Below are positions 26,410 through 34,946 of a DNA stretch of 64,000 nt, piece by piece. The stretch is from Actinomycetota bacterium (GTDB taxonomy: Bacteria; Actinomycetota; Actinomycetes; S36-B12). Under the pieces are notes generated by a model. It was not told the origin of the DNA. It saw only the letters and a program-made list of their open reading frames with translations, and did no database searches. Numbering within the stretch: the first letter of the stretch is position 1; each line of letters starts with the position of its first letter. A program made the translations under genes and the position numbers. The stretch covers positions 22,716 to 86,715 of the forward strand of contig JAUSNB010000063.1 of assembly GCA_030645615.1 (NCBI GenBank), given 5' to 3'.

Positions 26410-29192
26410 GCGAACCCCTCGTCCAGAACGACGGCCGCGGCCCGGGCCGCCGATTGGCCGTCCGCTGGCGCGCACCTCTGCTGCGCGAACGACCGGCGGC
26501 CCGGGCCGTGGAGCGCGTCCCACGCGATCGGGTCGTCGAGCCACGAGCTCACCTCGTCGACGAGGGACTCCATCGACATCACGACCGGCGCTACCGCGAC
26601 CTGCAGCTCGTAGACGCCCGTGGTGCGCCGCACGAAGGTGTCGTGGTCGGGCTCGAAGCACACGACCGGCACGTCGAGCGCCGCCGCCAGGCCGATCACT
26701 GACGAGTAGTCCGAGATGACGAGGTCCGAAGCCGCGACCCAGTCGGCCTGGTCGCCTGCCCCGCGCACGTCGCGGACTGCGTAGGCCAGGCGCGCCGGCA
26801 CGTCCAGCCCGGCCGGACCGCGGACGAGCAGGTAGCAGTGAGCGCCCAACGCGCCCGCCCAGGCGTCCAGGTCGAAGTCGGAAACCGGCACGGCGCTCGC
26901 GCGGGCCACCGGGTCGTACAGGACGATGCGCCGGTCCGCCGGCAGGTCCAGTCCTGCCCGCAGCGCCGCGATTGCCACTGTCCCGGACCTGAGGACCTGC
27001 GCTGCCCGGTCGGCCCGGGGCTGGCCCACCACGGCGGCCGGCCCGCGGACCGCCAGCGCGGGCCGGATGATGTCGGCCGTCCAGTCCGAGGCGACGAGGA
27101 CGCTCGTCGTACGCCCCCCGCGGCGCCGCACCTCGCGCACGGCGGGAGGCGACACCAGCACGCCCGGGTCGTCCAGGCCGATGCGGTGCACGGGCACGTC
27201 GCAGGCGGCCATGACCGCTCGGGTGCTGCGGCGTCGCCGGACGGTCAGCGGCGACGTGCCGTCATCGAGCCAGAGCCTCGCCCGGACCATGAGCCACTGG
27301 TGCCGCAGCCCGTAACGCGCCACCGCGCGGGCGTACGAGGGGACGTCGGTGGGCACCGCGCCGCGGTACGCCCACGCCTGGGCGAGGCCGGGGCGGCTGG
27401 CGTGCAGCGCCTCCCCGATCGCCCGGATGTCGTCTCGCCTCTCCGCGCCGTCGAGCACGACGAGGTTGCGCGCCGGCAGCAGGAGCCCAAGCCGCTGGAC
27501 GAGCCCGGGCAGGATGTCCGCCCGGATGGTCGCGGCAAGGGCGAGCAGGCTCCTGATCACGGGGGCGCTGCGCCGGCTGGCGCGCCGACGGGCCGAGCGA
27601 CGAACGGCTGGTGAGGCGGCGGCCCGCCAGCCGATGGCGCCGAAGTCGTACGGGCCGACGGCGAGGAGATCGGGGCCGTCCGTCACCCTCGTTCCGGGGT
27701 GGTCGATCTCGACGCGCGGCGCCTGCTCGGTGCAGGCCCGGACCGGCAGGGCGCTGACCACCCCGCCGCGAGCCATCGCCAGCATGACGGTGCCGCGCTC
27801 ATGCGCGGCGAGGGGCGCGGGGTCGACGGCTGCGGGCGGGCCTGTCGCGCGCCACGCGCGCACGGCTCCCGACGTCGCTTCCCACTGCGCCGGCACGGCC
27901 AGCACGACGCGGCCGGGGCCCGCCACGAAGCGCAGTTCGAGGGAGTCGACCGCGTCGAGGGTTCCGTCATAGTCGACCGTCGTACCGCGTGCCGACAGCA
28001 CTCCGCCGACGTAGTCCATCGACGCCACTTCGTGCAGGAAGCGCCGCTGGCTGAACGGCACGCGCAGCGGCTGGACGTCCGCAAGGTCGAGCCAGTCGCG
28101 CGCGAGACGGCCGCCTGCCGGCGGGCCGGACGCGAGGTGGCTGCACCCCCAGTACTCCCGGTCCCCTTCGCGCACGATGGACTCGCCGACCACGGACGCC
28201 CACTTCACCATGGCCATGGCAGCGCGGACGCCGGGCAGGTCGTCCACGAGCAGGTGGTAGATGGCCACGCGCAGCCCGGGCCGCACTTTCCAGACCGGGC
28301 CAAGGTCCATGGCAGACACATACGGGATCAGCCGATCCATGAGCGCACGTGCGGTGTCGTCGTCGGCTTCCAGGATGGACGACAGGTAGAGGTAGAGGTC
28401 GTGCCGCAGGAACTTCAGGTCCTTGATCTGCCGCAGTGCACCCAGCCCCTGGGCCTGCAGGAACGCGTCGATGCGCCGGTTGATCTCGATCCGGCTCTCG
28501 ACGTTGCGCACCTCGTGGCGGCTCTGGGTGATCGACGGCTCGTCCGACAGCCGGTCGACGTACCAGAGATAGACCGTCTCCGGGATGGCCGCCACGCGCC
28601 GCGAGGAGGCAAGCGCCTCCAGGGTGAACAGCTGGTCCTCGAACAGCAGCCCTTCCGGGAAGCGCAGCCCGGCCCGCTCCAGCATCGAGCGCCGGAAGAT
28701 CTTGTTGACGGTGATGGTGTCGTTCAGCAGCTCGGGGAACGCTTCGAGGCCGTCCTCGACCCGCTCGGACTCGTGCACCTCGGGCCGCCACCGTCGGGTG
28801 CGCCCCGTCGCCACGTCCACGCGCTCTGCCGTGCCGCAGACGACGTCGGCATCGAGTCGCTCCGCCGCCTCGAGCAGGTTCTTGCACGCGTGCCGGTCGT
28901 ACTCGTCGTCGGAGTCGCAGAACATCACCCACGGGGACTGGGCCACGTCCATCCCGCGGTTGCGCGGGGCACTGCAGCCGCCCGAGTTCTGCTCCAGGCG
29001 CTCGTAGCGGATGCGTGGATCCTTCGCGGCGAGGGCTGCCACCGCGTCGGCGGTGCCGTCGGTCGAGGCATCGTCCACCACGACGATCTCAAGGTTGCGC
29101 AACGTCTGCCTCTGCACGGATCGGATGGCTCGAGGCAACCGATCGGCGTCGTTGAACGAGATGACGACGACCGTGACGTCGGGAACGGCCAT
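26406..29192 (-). CDS. Bifunctional GT2 glycosyltransferase / TagF-like glycerophosphotransferase-domain protein
   Basis: 928 aa. The N-terminal GT2 part shows VTVVVISFNDADRLPRAIRSVQRQT, VVDDASTDGT, NSGGCSAPRNRG, FCDSDDEY. The C-terminal TagF-like part shows DLVISDYSSVIGLAAALDVPVVCFEPD. Confidence 0.88.
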   Translation of the reverse strand: MAVPDVTVVVISFNDADRLPRAIRSVQRQTLRNLEIVVVDDASTDGTADAVAALAAKDPRIRYERLEQNSGGCSAPRNRGMDVAQSPWVMFCDSDDEYDRHACKNLLEAAERLDADVVCGTAERVDVATGRTRRWRPEVHESERVEDGLEAFPELLNDTITVNKIFRRSMLERAGLRFPEGLLFEDQLFTLEALASSRRVAAIPETVYLWYVDRLSDEPSITQSRHEVRNVESRIEINRRIDAFLQAQGLGALRQIKDLKFLRHDLYLYLSSILEADDDTARALMDRLIPYVSAMDLGPVWKVRPGLRVAIYHLLVDDLPGVRAAMAMVKWASVVGESIVREGDREYWGCSHLASGPPAGGRLARDWLDLADVQPLRVPFSQRRFLHEVASMDYVGGVLSARGTTVDYDGTLDAVDSLELRFVAGPGRVVLAVPAQWEATSGAVRAWRATGPPAAVDPAPLAAHERGTVMLAMARGGVVSALPVRACTEQAPRVEIDHPGTRVTDGPDLLAVGPYDFGAIGWRAAASPAVRRSARRRASRRSAPVIRSLLALAATIRADILPGLVQRLGLLLPARNLVVLDGAERRDDIRAIGEALHASRPGLAQAWAYRGAVPTDVPSYARAVARYGLRHQWLMVRARLWLDDGTSPLTVRRRRSTRAVMAACDVPVHRIGLDDPGVLVSPPAVREVRRRGGRTTSVLVASDWTADIIRPALAVRGPAAVVGQPRADRAAQVLRSGTVAIAALRAGLDLPADRRIVLYDPVARASAVPVSDFDLDAWAGALGAHCYLLVRGPAGLDVPARLAYAVRDVRGAGDQADWVAASDLVISDYSSVIGLAAALDVPVVCFEPDHDTFVRRTTGVYELQVAVAPVVMSMESLVDEVSSWLDDPIAWDALHGPGRRSFAQQRCAPADGQSAARAAAVVLDEGFA

Positions 29193-30124
29193 CAGCCGGC
29201 CTCGCCACGCAGCGACCTGGCCCGATCGATGAGGACCGCCGCCCGCGCGTCGAAGCTGTGCTCCCGGGCGACGCGTTGCGCGAGGGCGAGCCGCGATGCC
29301 CGGTCGGGGAAGGCGCCCGGCCCAGCCTCCAGGATCTCGGCCAGCTGCGCAGCCGAGGAGAAGGAGCGGACGTCGCCGCCGAACGCGTCGGCTAGGCCCG
29401 TGGCGGCGTCCGTCAGCACGCGGGCACCAGCGGCGGTCGCGTCGAAGAGCCGGTTGGACAGGAAGCCCTCGGCCGCCATGTCCGGCCAGTGGTCGTTCAG
29501 GACGATCCCGGCAGCCGCGTAGGCGGCTGGCAGTTCGGCGTTCGCGAGGAACTGCCCCGCGATGCGCTCAGGTGGCAGGTAGGCCTCCCACCCCGCGCCG
29601 AACACCGCTACGTCAAAGCCGGCGGCGAGCGCGTCGCGCACCGCGGGGCGGAACTCGCCGCGGGTGGAACCGACGAACAGCACCGCCGGGCCGGTGTCGG
29701 GAACGGCCGCATCGGGCCGGAATCGACGAGGGTTGGTCGCCTGCAGCAGCGGCTGAACCGGCACGTCGAAGTGGCGGGTCCAATGGGCGCTCGCGGCGAA
29801 GCAGGCGTCGAAGCCCGCCGGCTCGTCCTCCTCGACCAGTTCGGGGTGGCTGATCACCCAGAGCAGCCAGGTCGCCCCGCCGCGTCGCGGGCGCACCCGG
29901 CGAAGCCCTCGCAGGACGACGACGACATCGTCCTGCTCGCGTGCCGGAGCCTCCGCCCCCGGGCGGGCCACGACCGACGCCTCCTGCCCGGCGCGGGCAA
30001 GGGCGTCGACGAGGTCGGCAGCGAAGTGCGTGTCCCCCCACTGGTCGCCGGCCTCGCCCTTGGGCGCCGACGTGACGACCGACCAGCGCAGCGGCCGGCC
30101 CCGCCTGCGCCAGCGCGCCAGCAC
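29192..30124 (-). CDS. CgeB-like / GT1-type glycosyltransferase domain protein
   Basis: Track ORF trimmed to GTG 30124, 3 nt after the upstream stop. The C-terminal half AVLFVGSTRGEFRPAVRDAL..VFGAGW..YAAAGIVLNDHWPDMAAEGFLSNRLFDATAAGARVL resembles Glyco_trans_1_2-type domains. Its stop overlaps the next start by 1 nt. Confidence 0.7.
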   Translation of the reverse strand: MLARWRRRGRPLRWSVVTSAPKGEAGDQWGDTHFAADLVDALARAGQEASVVARPGAEAPAREQDDVVVVLRGLRRVRPRRGGATWLLWVISHPELVEEDEPAGFDACFAASAHWTRHFDVPVQPLLQATNPRRFRPDAAVPDTGPAVLFVGSTRGEFRPAVRDALAAGFDVAVFGAGWEAYLPPERIAGQFLANAELPAAYAAAGIVLNDHWPDMAAEGFLSNRLFDATAAGARVLTDAATGLADAFGGDVRSFSSAAQLAEILEAGPGAFPDRASRLALAQRVAREHSFDARAAVLIDRARSLRGEAG

Positions 30125-30126
30125 CC

Positions 30127-31164
30127 TCAGCCCCCCGCCTTGCGGGGCACGCCGCGAAGGAACCCGGTCCCCCAGGCACCATGCATGGTCGCGTACACGG
30201 CCGGGAGCCGGGCTGCCTCGCGCCATGCCAGTCGGGGCGCCGTCATGGCGCTCTGCGCGCTGGCGGCCAGGTCGAGCAGTGCGTAACCGACCGGCGCGAC
30301 CAGGCCGAGGCCGACCAGCCAGGGCTGGCGGGCCACCGCGCCGGCGACGGCCAGGGCAACCCCGGCGCCGGCGCCCACGACGGCAACCGGTGCGGCGAGG
30401 TAGCGCAGCGAGACGGTGTCAGGGTGTCGGCGGGCCACCTCGCGTCGCCACCGGCCGTAGTCGTGATACTGCCGCGCGAGCGCCTTCGTGTCGTGCCGCG
30501 GCCGATACGTCACCCGCATGTCCGGCGTGAACCACACCGCGCCGCCGGACTGGCGGATCCGCAGGTTCATCTCCCAGTCCTGCGCGCGGACCATCGACTC
30601 GTCGTAGCCGCCGACGCGCTCCAGCGCCGAACGGCGGAAGCACCCCAGGTAGACGGTGAGCGCCGGGCCCGGGTCGCCGCCGACGTGGAACGCGGCACCG
30701 CCCACACCGAAGCGCGAGGTCATCGCCCGGGCCACCGCTCGCTCGAACCCGGTGGTCCCCTCCGCGGCCATGATCCCGCCGACATTGTCGGCACCGGTCG
30801 CGAGCAGCGTGCGCACGCCGGTGGTCACGTAGTCGGGCGGCACCATGGCATGGCCGTCGATCCGCACCACGACGGTGCTGTCCGTCGCCCCGATCGCGGC
30901 ATTGAGCCCGGACGGGGTCTTGCCGGTGGGGTTGTCGACGACGGTGACGTGGTCGTGCCTGGCCGCGATGGCGTCAGCGACCTCCCGGGTGCGATCCCTC
31001 GACGGACCGACGGCGATGACGATGTCGAGCACGCCCGGGTAGTCCTGCGCGAGCAGTCGATCGATGGCGTGCCGAAGGTGCCGTTCCTCGTTGACGACCG
31101 TCATGACGACGGATGCCGTAGGCCATTCGTGCGGAGGCTGACCGTCCGACGGGCCTACCGTCAT
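30127..31164 (-). CDS. Glycosyltransferase family 2 with C-terminal TM helices
   Basis: 345 aa. ASVVMTVVNEERHL, DIVIAVGPSRDRT, DGHAMVPPDY, RAQDWEMNLR, followed by hydrophobic helices (LAAPVAVVGAGAGVALAVAGAV, LVGLGLVAPVGYALLDLAA). Confidence 0.88.
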   Translation of the reverse strand: MTVGPSDGQPPHEWPTASVVMTVVNEERHLRHAIDRLLAQDYPGVLDIVIAVGPSRDRTREVADAIAARHDHVTVVDNPTGKTPSGLNAAIGATDSTVVVRIDGHAMVPPDYVTTGVRTLLATGADNVGGIMAAEGTTGFERAVARAMTSRFGVGGAAFHVGGDPGPALTVYLGCFRRSALERVGGYDESMVRAQDWEMNLRIRQSGGAVWFTPDMRVTYRPRHDTKALARQYHDYGRWRREVARRHPDTVSLRYLAAPVAVVGAGAGVALAVAGAVARQPWLVGLGLVAPVGYALLDLAASAQSAMTAPRLAWREAARLPAVYATMHGAWGTGFLRGVPRKAGG

Positions 31165-32801
31165 TCCTCGCTCCGGAGCACCAGGCCCGCCTGCGTCCCG
31201 AAGGCCTCGTGTGCGATGACTCCGTCGTACTTGTCGACGACCTTGGTGAGGAAGTGGTCATCCGAGACCGACGCAGTGTGGCCGGCCTGGTGGCGCACGT
31301 AGATGTACCCCAGACCGTGGGTTCGGTAGACCAGCCCGCCGTCGGCGATGACGCGATCGAGCAGCGCGCGGTCGACGGACTTCGGAACCGGCCGCCACCC
31401 CCCGATGGACATCAGGTCGGCGCACGAGATGAGGATCGTGCCGCCGGCGACGAAGTCCGCGTACCGCTCGGCTCCGTACGCGGGCCGGAACACGGTGGTG
31501 TCCTGCGCCTGCAGATAGATCCAGTCGAGGGTCTTGCCCACGACCTGCGCGCCCGAGTACTCCCGCGCGATCACGAGGTCCCAGATGTGCTCGGGTGCAT
31601 AGATGTCGTCGTCGTCCATCTTGGTGAACAGGTCGCCCTCGGCCCGATCGCTGCACATCTGCAGCGCCTGCCCGAGGGTCTTGCCCGAATCGATGGGCAG
31701 GACGGTCACCCGGTGCGGCACGTTCGTGGCCCGCTCCCAGATCCGCGCGGCGCTCATGCGGTCACCGTGCGACCCGATGACCACCTCGAGGTCGGGGTAG
31801 CGGAGCCCGGACAGCATGGCCAGCATGTGGTCGAGGTGGTCGGGCCTGTTCGTGACGATGATGACGCTGACCGAGGGCCACGTCCGCATGCCCGCGACCG
31901 GGCTGTGGTCCCTCAGCGCGGCTCGACGCGCGCGGACGGAAGCGGCCTGCCAGCCGAGCCCGTCGTCGTCCGGGGGCAGCAGTCCCCGGTCGTCCGACAC
32001 CACGAGCCCGCAGGCTGCTAGTTGCGTGGAGAGGCGAAGCGGCAGGGGCGCGTCGACGACGACCCCCTTGACGCCGCGCAGTTCGCGCACGTGCGATGTG
32101 TTGACATCGCCGTTGACGACCACCGTGACGCCCGGCGCACTCACGGTGAACCGCTCGCCGGCCAGCGTCCCGCGCGCGACCACGCCGCCGACAGATCGGC
32201 GGCCTACGGGCCGCTGCACGGCGGGGTCGACGTGCACGCCCATGGGAACGCCGTCCAGGTACCATTCGGCCCCCGAGACGACGACCGTGCGGGCACGCTC
32301 GACCTCGGCCGCCGAATCCTGGCTGGGCACGACGAGGACGTCGGCGCGGCGCACGTGCGGGTCACGCACCTCCTCGGGGGTCAGGACGTCGACGACCTTC
32401 GCCGCGAACGGGGCGGCCTCCTCCGTCAGCCCGGGGGCGAAGGTCAGCATCGCGGTCGCCTCGCCGGACGGGATCGGCCGCAAGCAGCGCAGCGCCGCCG
32501 ACAGCACGACACCCGCGTCAGACGGGGCGGAGGTCACCAGGCGCACGACCACGCCGGACCCCTTCAGCGATGCCTCGAACTGGGCGACCCTCCCGATCGA
32601 CGGGTAGCCGAGCCAGCCCTCCTGCGGGGGCCCCCACAGGTCGACCGTGAGGTCGAGCTCAGTGATCCGCGCCGCCCCGATCGAGACAGGCACCAGGCGA
32701 GCGAGATCCTCGGTGCGGGTGACGCGCACCTGCCAGGTCGTGCCGCGGCGGCGCTGGCGCACGCGCGCACCCGGGAGCTGCGGCACCGTCACGTGATGCA
32801 C
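31161..32801 (-). CDS. Two-domain protein: unknown 300-aa N-terminal domain plus GT2-like C-terminal domain
   Basis: 546 aa. Residues about 310-546 are GT2-like (VSVIIVTNRPDHLDHMLAML, FTKMDDDDIY, GGTILISCADLMSIGGW). Residues 1-300 have no motif I recognise. GTG start. The stop overlaps the next start (ATGA). Confidence 0.78.
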   Translation of the reverse strand: MHHVTVPQLPGARVRQRRRGTTWQVRVTRTEDLARLVPVSIGAARITELDLTVDLWGPPQEGWLGYPSIGRVAQFEASLKGSGVVVRLVTSAPSDAGVVLSAALRCLRPIPSGEATAMLTFAPGLTEEAAPFAAKVVDVLTPEEVRDPHVRRADVLVVPSQDSAAEVERARTVVVSGAEWYLDGVPMGVHVDPAVQRPVGRRSVGGVVARGTLAGERFTVSAPGVTVVVNGDVNTSHVRELRGVKGVVVDAPLPLRLSTQLAACGLVVSDDRGLLPPDDDGLGWQAASVRARRAALRDHSPVAGMRTWPSVSVIIVTNRPDHLDHMLAMLSGLRYPDLEVVIGSHGDRMSAARIWERATNVPHRVTVLPIDSGKTLGQALQMCSDRAEGDLFTKMDDDDIYAPEHIWDLVIAREYSGAQVVGKTLDWIYLQAQDTTVFRPAYGAERYADFVAGGTILISCADLMSIGGWRPVPKSVDRALLDRVIADGGLVYRTHGLGYIYVRHQAGHTASVSDDHFLTKVVDKYDGVIAHEAFGTQAGLVLRSEE

Positions 32802-32873
32802 TGTATTCGGTCAAGGAGTCGCAGCGTCCCGCGAACCACGCGCCGCTGCGCAGGCGCGGACGATGAGGCCGGG

Positions 32874-33716
32874 CTACCCGCCACCCCACGTCACGGGCCC
32901 GACGCCAGGCAGCCTGGTGATCTGGTAGCCATGTCCCGCTGCCCACGCCTCCGCGGCGCGCTCGAGCCGGCGGCTGCCGGAGTTCAGGTAGCACTCAGCC
33001 ATGTCGGGCGTGCCCCATCCTTTGGCGAACGGGGCGACGAGCGCCTTCTCCGTCCCCTGCTGGCCGAGTCTGATGAGCGGCCCGAACACCCAGAGCGTGT
33101 CGAAGGAACGGAGGTACGGCAGGAGCGGCGTCGCATCGGCCCGGTTGATGGCCACGAGCGCATCGGAGAAGCCCGAGCCCTGGCAGCCGATCGTCCGGCC
33201 GTGCTCCACGAGGAGGGCGTTGTGCTGCACGCCCCCGAGGACGCCCAGGAGCCCGGCGGCCCGGCTGGCCAGATGCGGAGCGGAATCGTCCGCGGCCCAC
33301 GCCACGATGACATCCAGGACGGCCGGGCCGCCGATCCTCGCCAGCGCCGCCCAGGCGGCCTCCGCCGCATCGTGGTGCGTCGTCGGGTCCTCGATCGCAG
33401 TGGCCAGAGCGGGGACGCCCGCGGGGTCGCCCCTGTCCCCGAGCTCCTCCGCCGCGCCGGTGGCCGCGTGGCCGCAGGCAAGGTCGACGTAGCCCGAGGG
33501 ATCGAGTTCGCAGTCGGTAGCGGCCGCGGGATCGGCCAGGACGGCGGACAGCTCGGCGACGGTCCGCTCATCGGCCGACGACGACGGAACCGGCTGCTCC
33601 GATGCCCCGGAGCAGGCCACCAGCACCAGGCCCGCGGTCAGGACTCCCAACGCTGACAACGCACTCGTCGTCACGCTCCCAATGTGCCCGGCGGGCAGCG
33701 CGCGCGGTAGGGCCAT
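32874..33716 (-). CDS. Putative lipoprotein with HEAT/PBS-lyase-like helical repeats
   Basis: 280 aa. Signal peptide with lipobox LVLVAC followed by SG. The mature part has repeat-like helices (VPALATAIEDP..AAWAALARIGGPAVLDVIV; APHLASRAAGLLGVLGG). No family assigned. Confidence 0.65.
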   Translation of the reverse strand: MALPRALPAGHIGSVTTSALSALGVLTAGLVLVACSGASEQPVPSSSADERTVAELSAVLADPAAATDCELDPSGYVDLACGHAATGAAEELGDRGDPAGVPALATAIEDPTTHHDAAEAAWAALARIGGPAVLDVIVAWAADDSAPHLASRAAGLLGVLGGVQHNALLVEHGRTIGCQGSGFSDALVAINRADATPLLPYLRSFDTLWVFGPLIRLGQQGTEKALVAPFAKGWGTPDMAECYLNSGSRRLERAAEAWAAGHGYQITRLPGVGPVTWGGG

Positions 33717-33738
33717 TGGACCCGGCGCGACGGGTGAG

Positions 33739-34902
33739 TCAGCGCGCGAACAGCCGCTTCGCCATGACGATCCGCTGCACCTGGTTGGTGCCCTCGTAGA
33801 TCTGCGTGATCTTGGCGTCGCGCATGTATCGCTCCACCGGCCAGTCCTTCGTGTAGCCCGCCCCGCCCAGTACCTGCACGGCGTCGGTGGTGATCTCCAT
33901 GGCCACGTCGGACGCGAAGCACTTGGCCGCCGCGCCGAAGAAGGTCAGGTCCGGGGCATCCCGCTCGCTCCTGGCCGCCGCCGCGTACACCAGTTGCCGC
34001 GCGGCCTCCAGCTTCATCGCCATGTCGGCCAGCATGAACTGGATGCCCTGGAACGAGGAGATCGGCTTGCCGAACTGCTGCCGGTCCTGCGCGTACGCCA
34101 GCGCCACGTCAAGGGCGCCCTGCGCCACGCCGACCGCCTGGGCACCGATGGTGACGCGGGTGTGGTCGAGGGTGGTCATGGCGGTCCTGAAGCCGGTCCC
34201 TGGCTCGCCGATGATCCGGTCGGCCGGGATCCAGCAGTCCTCGAAGTGGATCTCCCGGGTCGGCGATCCGTGGATCCCGAGCTTGCGCTCCGGCGTGCCT
34301 AGGGAGAAGCCCGGATCGTCGGCATGGACGACGAAGGCCGAGATGCCGCGGGAGCCGATGCCAGGCTCGGTCACCGCCATGACCGTGTAGTACGTGGAGA
34401 TTCCTGCGTTGGAGATCCAGCTCTTCTGGCCATTGAGCACCCAGCCGCCGTCGCCGGCCACCGCGCGCGCCTTCATCGACGCCGCGTCGCTGCCCGCCTC
34501 TCGCTCGCTCAGCGCGTAGGAGAACATCGCCTCGCCGCTGGCGACCTTGGGCAGGTACTCCGCCCGAAGCTGCTCGCTCCCGCTGACCATCAACGGCAGG
34601 GTGCCGAGCTTGTTCACGGACGGGATGAGGGCGCTGGACATGCAGGCGCGGGAGATCTCCTCGATCACCAGGCAGGCGGCCAGGGCGTCGCCCCCCTCCC
34701 CTCCGTACTGCTCGGGGATGTGGATGGCGTGGAACCGGGCATCGCGCAATGCCTCGTAGACGTCCCACGGGAACTCGGCCGTCTCATCGATCTCCGACGC
34801 GCGGGGAGCGATCTTGTCGGCGACGAGGTCACGCACGGCCGCCCGCAATGCCTCGTGCTCCTCGCTCAGCATGAAATCGTGGAAATCCGGATTGCCGGCC
34901 AC
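33739..34902 (-). CDS. Acyl-CoA dehydrogenase (FadE25-like)
   Basis: 387 aa. FSYALSEREAGSDAASMK, GQKSWISNAG and C-terminal YEGTNQVQRIVMAK (catalytic Glu region). Its position upstream of purE/purK is the same as fadE25 in M. tuberculosis. Confidence 0.92.
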   Translation of the reverse strand: MAGNPDFHDFMLSEEHEALRAAVRDLVADKIAPRASEIDETAEFPWDVYEALRDARFHAIHIPEQYGGEGGDALAACLVIEEISRACMSSALIPSVNKLGTLPLMVSGSEQLRAEYLPKVASGEAMFSYALSEREAGSDAASMKARAVAGDGGWVLNGQKSWISNAGISTYYTVMAVTEPGIGSRGISAFVVHADDPGFSLGTPERKLGIHGSPTREIHFEDCWIPADRIIGEPGTGFRTAMTTLDHTRVTIGAQAVGVAQGALDVALAYAQDRQQFGKPISSFQGIQFMLADMAMKLEAARQLVYAAAARSERDAPDLTFFGAAAKCFASDVAMEITTDAVQVLGGAGYTKDWPVERYMRDAKITQIYEGTNQVQRIVMAKRLFAR

Positions 34903-34946
34903 GGCTCGCTCCCTTCCCTCGTGTGCACATCAACTAGCCTGCAGGG

